Part shown: positions 9,086 to 18,100 of the stretch, piece by piece | Layout: every line of letters starts with the position of its first letter | How positions within the stretch are numbered: the stretch's first letter is position 1 | Virus record (IMG/VR): IMGVR_UViG_3300042503_001396 | Span: 3,738-67,737 of that record | From: a virus | Length of the DNA: 64,000 bases | Strand: one strand, 5' to 3' | Program-made: the position numbers and the translations under genes | The notes under the pieces: generated by a model | The model's database searches: none | What the model was told of the DNA's origin: nothing | Seen by the model: the letters and a program-made list of their open reading frames with translations, nothing else

Positions 9086-12000
9086 TTAGTATTTAATCAC
9101 TGGAAGCATTCCAACATATGGTGGAAGGTTTGCATTTGTTGTATTACCTGCAGTTCCTTCGTAATTAACTGTGATGTTTGCATATCCAGTACTTGTATTT
9201 CTCGTAAACTCAAAATTTGTTCGATCATCTGGGCTTCCACTTTGATTCTGTTCTGGACCACTACCTGATGGCCATTGCGATCCAACAAAATTGTGTGTAT
9301 GTCCTGAATCACTAGCAGTATGATTGTGATAAGGAATAATCGCGTCCTTATTACCACCAGTAACACCAGGAACTGCAGAATAACCGGCAAAATTATTAAC
9401 TAGATTTGGAAGTCTTCCTGCAGCACCATAAGTTGAACCTAAGAAACTGCGAAGAGATTGTAAAAGAGAAGCATTGACTCCTTGGAATGTGCCACTTGTA
9501 GGGATATCTGCACCGTTACAGATTAGATACCCTTCTGGAGCATGATATGTTGTTGCTCCAATTGTTGCGCTACCTCCTGTTGCAGTGTCTGCAGAAGACG
9601 CTGCCATATAGAAGAAAGAACCAATTGGAGTACCAGGTGCCCATTTAACACCAGTTGCTTGAGTATCATCTGCAGTTAATACTGTACCATTTGCACCAAC
9701 CGTAAGTCTTGCAGCAGTGTTATTTTCAGTTGCAACAAGAATCTGACCCTTTGTATCCCAATCAATATTAGAAACCAGAGATCCTTGTCCACCAAGAGCA
9801 ACAATAAAGCAATTGACACCAGATGCGGGAGGAGTTGTGAATCTAATTGTACTTGTATTTGCACCAGCAGAAGTTACAATTAAGAAGTCTGCACCAGGTT
9901 TTTGGATAACACCTCCTACAGATACAATTAAGTTTGCAGAACTTCCAGCAGGAATATATGCTGTTCCAGCAATACGAAGAGTGAAGTCTGTTGTAGACCC
10001 ATTAAAAGATCCGGAAATATCATCACAAATCAGAGAGTTTCCAAGTGGAAAATCTCCAGTAACTGATGCAGAGTCTGCAGGAATATATCCTAGAGCATTC
10101 TGAACTTCACGGAAAGTAATAAAGTCCTGTTCCCCATCAGCACGAAGCATTTTAAATGTTGGTGTTCCATTTAAAGAAACACTTTGGGGAGTAGTTGCCT
10201 TAAACTTGGGAGATGTGATTCCTTCAGAACCCAATACAGTAAGGGTACTTCCAATACTTGCATTTCCAGTTACAGTCAAACCAAGAGAAGTAACAGTCTT
10301 AGCAACTCCAACTCCACCTAATACTCTTAATGCACCTGTTGAAGTTGAAGTTGAATCTGTGAGATTTGATAGTAAAACACTTCCAGTAAATGCAGTGTTG
10401 CCAGCAACATTTAAGTTTTCACCAACTCCAACTCCACCCTTAACAGTCAGAGCACCTTTACCAGTTGAGTCTGATGAGGTAGTGTTTGTAACTCTGACTT
10501 GCCCACTAAAAGTGGAAGTATCTTTGCTTCTGATTTGTCTGTTAAATGTAACCGGACCATCAAACTGAGAGAGTACAGTACCAGAATCTCCACCTTCAAC
10601 GAGAAGTCTTTCCTTAACAGTTACTTCGTCATAAACAACGCTTGACTTAGAAGGATCTTCACCAGTGACAGTTGGTGATGGAATATCATAAGAAGTAACC
10701 TCACCAGATGATGAAGAAGTCTTTGTATTTCCACTAAAGAAGTCACCACTGTTATTCATTCCAGTGTATACAACAATACCACCCGATCTTTCTTGAGACT
10801 GAACTAAGAAATCTTCTCTTTCTGTGAGCGACTTGACTTGAACTTGTGGTAAACCTGTGGAGTAGTTGCCTGGGCCATATCCAAGATATTCAAAAGTATG
10901 TCCCGAAGCACGAAGAATCGAAGGTCTGCGGAATTCAACTGCAATTGGATTGATTTTACGAATCAAAGATCCTGCGTCGTGAGACTCTTTACGAGTTCCA
11001 AGAGAACCACGAATCACTGTAAATTGAGAATTATTACTTGAAGAGGTAATTCTCATAATTTCATTATCAACCTGAATATAAGATCCTAATGGGAATCTTG
11101 CATCAGTGCCAATTCCAGAGTTAATTGATGAAACTACTAAAGTATTTGCAGAGGAGTCATCTGAAATTGCCGTGGTCAGTCTTATAAATTCATTGCCATA
11201 GAATGAAACTTGACGAATACCAAAGTTTTCTTCTCTTACATCGGAAATCGCATCATTTGAAGAGAATCCGTGCTTGAGAATATAACCATCTACAGCACTC
11301 AAGGACTTATTAGTAATAGCAGTAAATGTGGTTACACCTACTCTTTCCTTTACTACGTAATCGCCAAGATTATTATTTGTAGAATTGATAACTCTAAACT
11401 TATTACCTTTCAACAATCCGTGAGGAGTTGCTGTTGTAAAGGTAGTAATACCTGTTGCAGAAATATAAGGTGAAGTACTAATTTTAGACGATGATCCAAC
11501 TACAAATGCATATTGCCCTGCGGTTGGTGTTGGGTCTCCAGAAGTCTTAGCAACTGAAATTTGTGTTTGGGAGTTAATTGCACTAATTCTATAATATCCA
11601 TCAGTTACTGTACCAACACCAGTAACTTGAACTACGTCACCAATATTTGTGGAGATTCCTGCTGTTGCAATTGTATATGTTGCATTTCCATTTCCAGCAC
11701 CAACTCTTGAAGAATCCAGATAGAGAACTTCACCATTTGTGTATCCAGAACCACCAGAAATAACTACTACAGAACTTACATTTCCTCCAGATTCTACAAC
11801 TACTTTTGCAGTTGCTCCCTTCCAAGTTCCTACAGAAGGATTTGCATCAGTGTTTAATAGTTTTACATCATAGTGAGTTCCAGGAATATAGTTTGTGTTG
11901 GGAGTATATAAAGTTCCTGTGACGACACTACCAAGTCCATGTCTTCTTCCAAATGTAAGAGTTGCACTTGTTGATGATACTGAAGAAACAGAAGAAATTG

Positions 12001-15000
12001 TTTGTCCAATTCCAAGAGCAATTGAAAGTTTATCTACAGTTTCTCTAGTAATACTTTTCTTCAAGTCACTTGTATTTGTGTCACCAATTGGAGCACGAAG
12101 AGAAAATGTCTTTGCAGATTGTGGATTTGCTTCAACATTATCTCTATCCAACTGAGGATAAAGATCTACAGGACTTTGAGAATACTCAAGGTTTGTAAAT
12201 TCATTTGTAATTTTATTACTTGCATTTAAGACATAAAGATGATAGATTCCATCTTGAGATCCTTGCACATAAGGAGAGATGACTTCATTACGATAAACAT
12301 ATAGATTTGATTGCCAATCATTTCTTTCAAATCTTGGCAGATCTCTAATTTGATCTGGTGTGGTTCTGGAATTAATATTGTTTGTGCTTGATGCTCCAGG
12401 AGTATGTGCTTTTCCATTTACATCTGTTGTCGAATGTGTAAATGACATATCATTTACAATTGATGCAACTGCAAACTTACCGTTATATCCACGATCATAT
12501 AAACCACTTGGGTTGCTACTGTCAGTTACATTGCGAATGATTACTAGATCACCAACATTTAAATTATGTGGTAATGAAGTTAATACTGTAACAGTAGTAG
12601 ACGCTAATGTGCAAGTAGTAATAAATCTTGGATTCTTATTATACTCAAAGTCAGTACTTGCAATACTTGTTCTAGTAAAATCATCTGATCTTGCGCCGGT
12701 TGTACTAGACTCCTGAATAATGAATCCATCTTCTGGATCCTTTGCACCATTAAGTTCTTTTGGAATGACGACTCTTACTTTATAAATCTTTTCATCCAAA
12801 CTTCTATCATCAACAATTCTCTTAACATAAGTAAGATCAGTTGTTTCAGATAGTCCTGCAACACCAAGAGTATTAATTTGACCATAGATTTGGTTTGTAG
12901 AATTGACAGTAATATACCAGTTTCCTGCTGTAGTATCAAACTGAATTGGAGATCCAATATCTCCTGCAGATTTATCAGAAACTCTACTATAAACTTTGAG
13001 TTGCTCTCCTCCATAAATTGTTAATGCTTCATTATTGAGAGCATTGGTAGATGAGGTTGCTAACTTGATTTGATTTGCAGATAAACCAGAAGTGATCGCA
13101 TATCCAACAGTATGTGGAGTTACATTTTCTGGCAAATCTCCAGTTTCACTGTTGATAATGATTTTTTCACCAGTTTGTAGTGTATGATTACTTGTAAAAG
13201 TTAGAGTAGAACTTGCTACAGTTGAAACATCATAAACTTTATAAGCACTTGTCACACCATCCTGCATATAAATGTCTGCAGAATATTCGGTGTTGTTGAT
13301 TGAAAGATAGAGTTTATCTCCGTTACGAGCACCAACACGATAACCCTGAGTGACACTGACTGGTAAACTATCTGTAGCGTTTAATCCATAAAGATATAAC
13401 TTATTTCCACTTGGATTGTATGTTGAATTAGTGGTTAGACCAACATCAATTGATAACCATTCAATATCCTCTTCTGTCGTTGTGTCAATATCTCTTGGTG
13501 GAATGATGGAAGTAATAAAGGCATTGTTGTCCTTATCAAATGCCTCTGCTTTGAATCCATCAGAGTTAAGTGATATCTGACCAAAGTTTGAGTTTGAGTT
13601 GGTAATAGAGGCGTCTGCACCCGACTCAAGATCAAAATGCTTATTAAAACCAATTGCAAAGACCGATACTATCTGAATAAAGGAGTCATTCGAAACCTTA
13701 ATATGACTGGTTTCCCATCCTTGTCTATAAATTGCATCAGGATCCAGGTGATAGACTTTTGTAGTATCTGTCTGCGATGCTCCTGTTGGTAGATCTCCAC
13801 CAATGACTGTTGTGTAATTTACACCATTATACTCTCTAGTGGAAGGATTATATTTTACAAAAGCACGATCGTCTTTTTGTAGAGACACAGCAGTAAACTG
13901 TGCAACAACCATTGAGCGGAAACCTGATGCTTTGCTACCATCAGCGTGCATTCCATTCATACCCCAGACGGATCTGAGAGAGCAGTTAAAGATATAAGGA
14001 GATGCTCCAGATACTGTATCTGTTTCTACCGTCACAGTTGCTCCAGTCACTAGTGGAGTTGGATCCATCGTGATTGGGAAAGATTCGAGTAAATATGTAA
14101 ATCTAGTTGCACTCAGAACATTTTGTACTTTTGTTGAAACATTATATGTTGATGTACTTACTCCTTTGATTTTAATTGGTGTTCCTGAAGTTAGATTATG
14201 ATCTTCTGTTGTTGTAACTGTAACTAAAGTAGTTGCAGTGGTACCATTTCCAGAAATAACTGATTGAATCTCAATTGGGTCAGAAGCAAACGCACCAACA
14301 ATTTCCCATTCTGGTGCCATTTTTGCAAAGTCTTCGTCACTTGCAGGAAACTTTGCGTCTACTGGAATTGGGCGATATGAATTGAAAGCATTTGAGAGTT
14401 TGCTGTAATACATATCAAGGTCAGTGAGACCATATGTACCAACTTCATTTACACCATCAGCATACTCAAAACAAGTCAGTTTATGGTGAGAAAATCTTGG
14501 AGTTGACTGATAATTACTTGTGAAGAATGATGGGTGAGTATAGACTAAACCAGACTCATCAGCATCAAAGAATGAAAACTGCCAGAAGTAACAAGCGCCA
14601 GTAACTCTAAAAATTGCAGATTTTTGTATTAGAGGATCTGTTGGATTTGGAACATACTTTGGTCTGACTTTTGTTTTTCTTAAATCGAGACCAACAATCG
14701 AAGTGCCTCTAGGTATAATGACACCACCATTGACACTATTAAACTTATAGAGAATATTATCGTCTTGTGTTAGATCAAAGTTAGAATCTAATTCTAATGA
14801 TAATGTAGTAAGTGCTGGATCTCCTGTACCACCAGATGGAGGAACAGCATATGCAACACCACTATTATTATAAATTGCATATCCAGGTCTATTATCAATT
14901 AAGTGCTCACCTGGCCAAACTAAAATTGTTGTTTTTTCGACTAAATCATTACCCTTTCCATTCACAAAAGAGAATCTTGCCGCTTCTAAAAGTGCTCTCT

Positions 15001-15136
15001 GAATGGTTTTAAAAGGTTGTGCAAGAGAATTACCAGTATTAGTAATCGAATCTGTAGCGTCTAAATCGTTAGGGTTGACATATAGTGTGCGCCCATCAGT
15101 ATTCTTAATGAAATTCGATAATTTGTTCAGAGGCAT
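9086..15136 (-). CDS. large tail fibre/structural protein with beta-helix and C-terminal collar domain
   Basis: 2016 aa; N-terminal PFKTIQRA and ASGHTFEY motifs shared with 22842 and 52596; C-terminal GYLICNG...NLPPY. Confidence 0.8.
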   Translation of the reverse strand: MPLNKLSNFIKNTDGRTLYVNPNDLDATDSITNTGNSLAQPFKTIQRALLEAARFSFVNGKGNDLVEKTTILVWPGEHLIDNRPGYAIYNNSGVAYAVPPSGGTGDPALTTLSLELDSNFDLTQDDNILYKFNSVNGGVIIPRGTSIVGLDLRKTKVRPKYVPNPTDPLIQKSAIFRVTGACYFWQFSFFDADESGLVYTHPSFFTSNYQSTPRFSHHKLTCFEYADGVNEVGTYGLTDLDMYYSKLSNAFNSYRPIPVDAKFPASDEDFAKMAPEWEIVGAFASDPIEIQSVISGNGTTATTLVTVTTTEDHNLTSGTPIKIKGVSTSTYNVSTKVQNVLSATRFTYLLESFPITMDPTPLVTGATVTVETDTVSGASPYIFNCSLRSVWGMNGMHADGSKASGFRSMVVAQFTAVSLQKDDRAFVKYNPSTREYNGVNYTTVIGGDLPTGASQTDTTKVYHLDPDAIYRQGWETSHIKVSNDSFIQIVSVFAIGFNKHFDLESGADASITNSNSNFGQISLNSDGFKAEAFDKDNNAFITSIIPPRDIDTTTEEDIEWLSIDVGLTTNSTYNPSGNKLYLYGLNATDSLPVSVTQGYRVGARNGDKLYLSINNTEYSADIYMQDGVTSAYKVYDVSTVASSTLTFTSNHTLQTGEKIIINSETGDLPENVTPHTVGYAITSGLSANQIKLATSSTNALNNEALTIYGGEQLKVYSRVSDKSAGDIGSPIQFDTTAGNWYITVNSTNQIYGQINTLGVAGLSETTDLTYVKRIVDDRSLDEKIYKVRVVIPKELNGAKDPEDGFIIQESSTTGARSDDFTRTSIASTDFEYNKNPRFITTCTLASTTVTVLTSLPHNLNVGDLVIIRNVTDSSNPSGLYDRGYNGKFAVASIVNDMSFTHSTTDVNGKAHTPGASSTNNINSRTTPDQIRDLPRFERNDWQSNLYVYRNEVISPYVQGSQDGIYHLYVLNASNKITNEFTNLEYSQSPVDLYPQLDRDNVEANPQSAKTFSLRAPIGDTNTSDLKKSITRETVDKLSIALGIGQTISSVSSVSSTSATLTFGRRHGLGSVVTGTLYTPNTNYIPGTHYDVKLLNTDANPSVGTWKGATAKVVVESGGNVSSVVVISGGSGYTNGEVLYLDSSRVGAGNGNATYTIATAGISTNIGDVVQVTGVGTVTDGYYRISAINSQTQISVAKTSGDPTPTAGQYAFVVGSSSKISTSPYISATGITTFTTATPHGLLKGNKFRVINSTNNNLGDYVVKERVGVTTFTAITNKSLSAVDGYILKHGFSSNDAISDVREENFGIRQVSFYGNEFIRLTTAISDDSSANTLVVSSINSGIGTDARFPLGSYIQVDNEIMRITSSSNNSQFTVIRGSLGTRKESHDAGSLIRKINPIAVEFRRPSILRASGHTFEYLGYGPGNYSTGLPQVQVKSLTEREDFLVQSQERSGGIVVYTGMNNSGDFFSGNTKTSSSSGEVTSYDIPSPTVTGEDPSKSSVVYDEVTVKERLLVEGGDSGTVLSQFDGPVTFNRQIRSKDTSTFSGQVRVTNTTSSDSTGKGALTVKGGVGVGENLNVAGNTAFTGSVLLSNLTDSTSTSTGALRVLGGVGVAKTVTSLGLTVTGNASIGSTLTVLGSEGITSPKFKATTPQSVSLNGTPTFKMLRADGEQDFITFREVQNALGYIPADSASVTGDFPLGNSLICDDISGSFNGSTTDFTLRIAGTAYIPAGSSANLIVSVGGVIQKPGADFLIVTSAGANTSTIRFTTPPASGVNCFIVALGGQGSLVSNIDWDTKGQILVATENNTAARLTVGANGTVLTADDTQATGVKWAPGTPIGSFFYMAASSADTATGGSATIGATTYHAPEGYLICNGADIPTSGTFQGVNASLLQSLRSFLGSTYGAAGRLPNLVNNFAGYSAVPGVTGGNKDAIIPYHNHTASDSGHTHNFVGSQWPSGSGPEQNQSGSPDDRTNFEFTRNTSTGYANITVNYEGTAGNTTNANLPPYVGMLPVIKY

Positions 15137-15172
15137 CGGATTATAACTTCTTAAGATATTGCTATCTTTTAT

Positions 15173-15478
15173 TTATGAAGTCAAATCTTCCTCATCATAC
15201 TGATATTCTACGTCTGGTGGCATATCTTCAGGGTTTTCTAAATCCACCATAAACAAGCAGGGATGTACCTCTTCGTCTATCAGATAGAATGAGGATTTAT
15301 ATAAGTCTTCTGGTTCAAAGGTTCTCTCTTTGTCTGCTAACCTACAAAGATCTTGATCGTACAAATGACCGTCCGGAAGTTCATCGAACGTGAAGGGAAT
15401 ATGATTGATAAAATACATCTTCACAATCATACTGCCATTATTGTACCAGCAGTATGCGTGATCGATACGATAAGACAT
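15173..15478 (-). CDS. conserved cyanophage hypothetical protein
   Basis: 101-aa ORF preceded by a TAAATA late-promoter core. Confidence 0.7.
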   Translation of the reverse strand: MSYRIDHAYCWYNNGSMIVKMYFINHIPFTFDELPDGHLYDQDLCRLADKERTFEPEDLYKSSFYLIDEEVHPCLFMVDLENPEDMPPDVEYQYDEEDLTS

Positions 15479-15510
15479 AGGAAATTCCCATATCTTATAT
15501 TTATTTTTAA

Positions 15511-15583
15511 TAGGCGTGGTCGGATTCGAACCGACCCTGGAGGAGTTTTAAGCTCCCTGTCTCTGCCGCTGGACTACACGCCC
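15511..15583 (-). tRNA. tRNA-Leu(TAA), short variable loop
   Basis: acceptor GGGCGTG/CACGCCT, anticodon loop CTTAAAA, T loop TTCGAAT. Confidence 0.9.
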
Positions 15584-15594
15584 GTGTATGAGAC

Positions 15595-15624
15595 TATTAT
15601 AACTCAAAGAATCATAATAGTCAA
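15595..15624 (-). promoter_or_regulatory. sigma70-type promoter inside an inverted repeat
   Basis: TTGACT-N17-TATAAT; GACTATTAT/ATAATAGTC arms. Confidence 0.75.
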
Positions 15625-15625
15625 G

Positions 15626-15698
15626 TGCTCGTTACTGGGATCGAACCAGTCTATCAGGTCTTATGAGGACCGCGCTTTCGCCAGAGAGCTAAACGAGC
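15626..15698 (-). tRNA. tRNA with CAT anticodon (Ile2 or elongator Met)
   Basis: acceptor GCTCGTT/AACGAGC, anticodon loop CTCATAA, T loop TTCGATC. Confidence 0.85.
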
Positions 15699-15727
15699 AT
15701 TCGCTATTCGCAAATAGCAAATAGTTT

Positions 15728-16141
15728 TTATTCATTTAATTGTTTTCTTTTTTTATGATACCCAATTTTTTTATTTAAAGTTTTGTAAGTATCAGTTAAA
15801 GTATGACAATTTGGACATAGTACTCTTAAATTTTCCTTATATCCATTATCTCGGGAACCATTAATGTGATCAATTTCAAGATAAACAATTCCATTTATTG
15901 GATTTGGTTTTCCCCACCCACATTCTGTACATTTATAATTTGCTTCTTCAAGCAAATATTTTCTCACAAAATCACTTGGTCTACCATCTCCCTGTTTTCC
16001 AGTTATTTTTTTAGATAACCAATCAGTGATATTTTGTTTGTAGTAATCTTCTTGCTGGCATTTATTTGAACAATAAAATCCTTTTCCTTGAGATGGGAAA
16101 AAATCGAATGATTTACTGCAGTTTTTACATTGTCCTTGCAT
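15728..16141 (-). CDS. free-standing HNH endonuclease within the tRNA cluster
   Basis: N-terminal Zn-finger CxxC...CSxxC; CTECG...EIDHING...NLRVLCPNCH. Confidence 0.9.
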   Translation of the reverse strand: MQGQCKNCSKSFDFFPSQGKGFYCSNKCQQEDYYKQNITDWLSKKITGKQGDGRPSDFVRKYLLEEANYKCTECGWGKPNPINGIVYLEIDHINGSRDNGYKENLRVLCPNCHTLTDTYKTLNKKIGYHKKRKQLNE

Positions 16142-16195
16142 AATAGTTAGATCACTCTACACTTTTATTTATACTCTAAGTGTAGTTTAGAGTAA

Positions 16196-16283
16196 TACGA
16201 GTGCCTGGATTCGAACCAGGTCAAAGCCGCTAATCTGGCGGAAAGAGTTTATAAGACTCCTCTGACTACCAAGTCTCACTCGC
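16196..16283 (-). tRNA. tRNA-Ile(TAT) with long variable arm
   Basis: acceptor GCGAGTG/CACTCGT, anticodon loop CTTATAA, V-arm CCGC-CAGATTA-GCGG, T loop TTCGAAT. Confidence 0.8.
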
Positions 16284-16296
16284 TTGAACCAGATCA

Positions 16297-16325
16297 ATTA
16301 TAGAGGATCTGGAACTCTTTGTCAA
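16297..16325 (-). promoter_or_regulatory. sigma70-type promoter for tRNA-Ile
   Basis: TTGACA-N17-TATAAT. Confidence 0.8.
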
Positions 16326-16495
16326 GGTGCTTCGTTGTTTAACTCAGTGTGTATTCGTATGAGTTCTTCATCGGCGGGCATCATCACTGCCGCCTGCCCA
16401 TTCTCATTGACAATACCTAACTGTTCTCCATTTTCGACTCGTTCCATAAGTTCGTCGAATCTTTCTTGAAACTCTTCTACTGTAAAAACTTCCAT
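16322..16495 (-). CDS. Phd/YefM antitoxin-like small protein (57 aa)
   Basis: MEVFTVEEFQERFDELMERVENGEQLGIVNENGQAAVMMP matches the Phd/YefM pattern by eye. Confidence 0.6.
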   Translation of the reverse strand: MEVFTVEEFQERFDELMERVENGEQLGIVNENGQAAVMMPADEELIRIHTELNNEAP

Positions 16496-16498
16496 TTT

Positions 16499-16684
16499 TC
16501 AAAGGGGATCGGTGTAAGCAAGACAATCATCACTTACCTGAGTGCGAACTACTTCCAGCACATTCATAAACTGGTCAACACTCTCACATTCTACCATTCG
16601 TTCTGAACCTTCGCTAGAATACAGGTAAAATTTACGCGCAAGAGTATCGACAACGCAACGACTCAGGAACTCTTCGGTTTGCAT
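16499..16684 (-). CDS. hypothetical protein
   Basis: 61-aa ORF; TTGACA-N17-TATAGT upstream at about 16710-16738. Confidence 0.7.
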   Translation of the reverse strand: MQTEEFLSRCVVDTLARKFYLYSSEGSERMVECESVDQFMNVLEVVRTQVSDDCLAYTDPL

Positions 16685-16734
16685 TCGGTCTTTGATTGAT
16701 TACCTAGGTACTATAGGGCATCTGGGGCGGGTTG

Positions 16735-17331
16735 TCAAGCACTATGATCTGTTACATAATACCAAGTAACTGCGACTCTCTTTTTTCCACTCAAAACTTT
16801 TTGACCAGAATGCGGAAAACACCAATTTGATGGAAAAAATAATCCATATCCTGTCGGTGGTTTGAAAGTCTTATGTGGAAATTCAGTTCCTCCACCTTCA
16901 AAATCATCATTCAAATAAACAACAACAGATATTTGGCGGTGATATTCTTTTGAGTTTGGATCATTTGAAATATCGTGATGAAATTTATATTCTTGATTTG
17001 GGTGATATTCCAAAACTTGAATTGCTTCTCTATTTGAAGTAGTTTCATATCCACCAGGAACTGGATAATATTCAAATATTGAATTAATTTTAGTTATTTC
17101 CTCTTTATATGTTAAAAGAGATTCATTGATTCTTTGATGAAGAATTTGAGTTGCTTTATGGTTTTCGTCCATTGTTGCACCTAAACTCGATCTAATGGAA
17201 GTATCAATTCTTGATTTTCCGGCAGAATCAAATACTGTAGTTTTCTGAAAATATAAAGAATCAAGGTATTCGTTTATTATTTTTGATTCTTCTTCATTAA
17301 TGACTTTAATGGTTTTGATCAAATCATTCAT
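16735..17331 (-). CDS. 2OG-Fe(II) oxygenase (prolyl 4-hydroxylase-like)
   Basis: HHD, YLNDDFEGGGTEF, FPSNWCFPH, KRVAVTW. Confidence 0.9.
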   Translation of the reverse strand: MNDLIKTIKVINEEESKIINEYLDSLYFQKTTVFDSAGKSRIDTSIRSSLGATMDENHKATQILHQRINESLLTYKEEITKINSIFEYYPVPGGYETTSNREAIQVLEYHPNQEYKFHHDISNDPNSKEYHRQISVVVYLNDDFEGGGTEFPHKTFKPPTGYGLFFPSNWCFPHSGQKVLSGKKRVAVTWYYVTDHSA

Positions 17332-17492
17332 AAAAAATTTGTAAAATATCTGAATATAAAAATGCTAATGAATTGGAACTGATCTCAGAAATAAATTCTC
17401 CGTTTACAGAAATACTATTATTTGTAGTATCAAAAAAATAAAGAGATATTTTTACTGATTATTATCTATGATATTTATTTATTAGAAGGTAT

Positions 17493-17762
17493 TTAAATAT
17501 TTTCTGCAATCACATCTGTTACGATTGGGTCAGTTTCCAAAGACTCATTTTTATGCTCCCATGCATCAATCAAAGGTTGAATATATGAAATATCTTCAAA
17601 TTTTTCGTTATTTCTTTCTTGGCGATTGATAAATTCAATTTCTCCCCAAGTTTCATACCATTGAATAGCATCAACTTCTTGATCAAACGTTGAGTTATCA
17701 ATATTTAAGAATTTTCCACCAATTCCCACAACCTTATCATCTTTTATATAAGTAAATCTCAT
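17493..17762 (-). CDS. putative tail fibre assembly protein
   Basis: 89 aa with AIQWY...GEIEF motif, downstream of a fibre gene. Confidence 0.6.
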   Translation of the reverse strand: MRFTYIKDDKVVGIGGKFLNIDNSTFDQEVDAIQWYETWGEIEFINRQERNNEKFEDISYIQPLIDAWEHKNESLETDPIVTDVIAENI

Positions 17763-18100
17763 TGTTCTTCTCCTGGTAATAACGTATTAATTGGTTGATT
17801 AAGCGGTGTAACTTGTGTTGGAACAATGCCTTGTTGAAGTGCTTGAACGTACAGTTGTTGATTTTCTTGATTTGCCTTTATGGTTTCATTTCTGAAAGAT
17901 TCAATAGCAGCACCGGTTTGCCTTTGTTGTTGTGAGTTTTCGATTGTAAGCATTGGCAACCAAGTAATTGCACATCCCCATTCATCAACTGGTTCTCCAG
18001 TATTTGGATTCATCCCCCGAATTTGAGTAAACCAAGAACACTGAAGTCCTATACAATCTTTTTTAATCAGGGGACAATATTTTCCTTGTTCAAGTTTCAT
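17759..18100 (-). CDS. fibre-associated Cys-containing protein
   Basis: CPLIKKDC...CSWF...WGCA; translationally coupled to the fibre gene. Confidence 0.7.
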   Translation of the reverse strand: MKLEQGKYCPLIKKDCIGLQCSWFTQIRGMNPNTGEPVDEWGCAITWLPMLTIENSQQQRQTGAAIESFRNETIKANQENQQLYVQALQQGIVPTQVTPLNQPINTLLPGEEQ

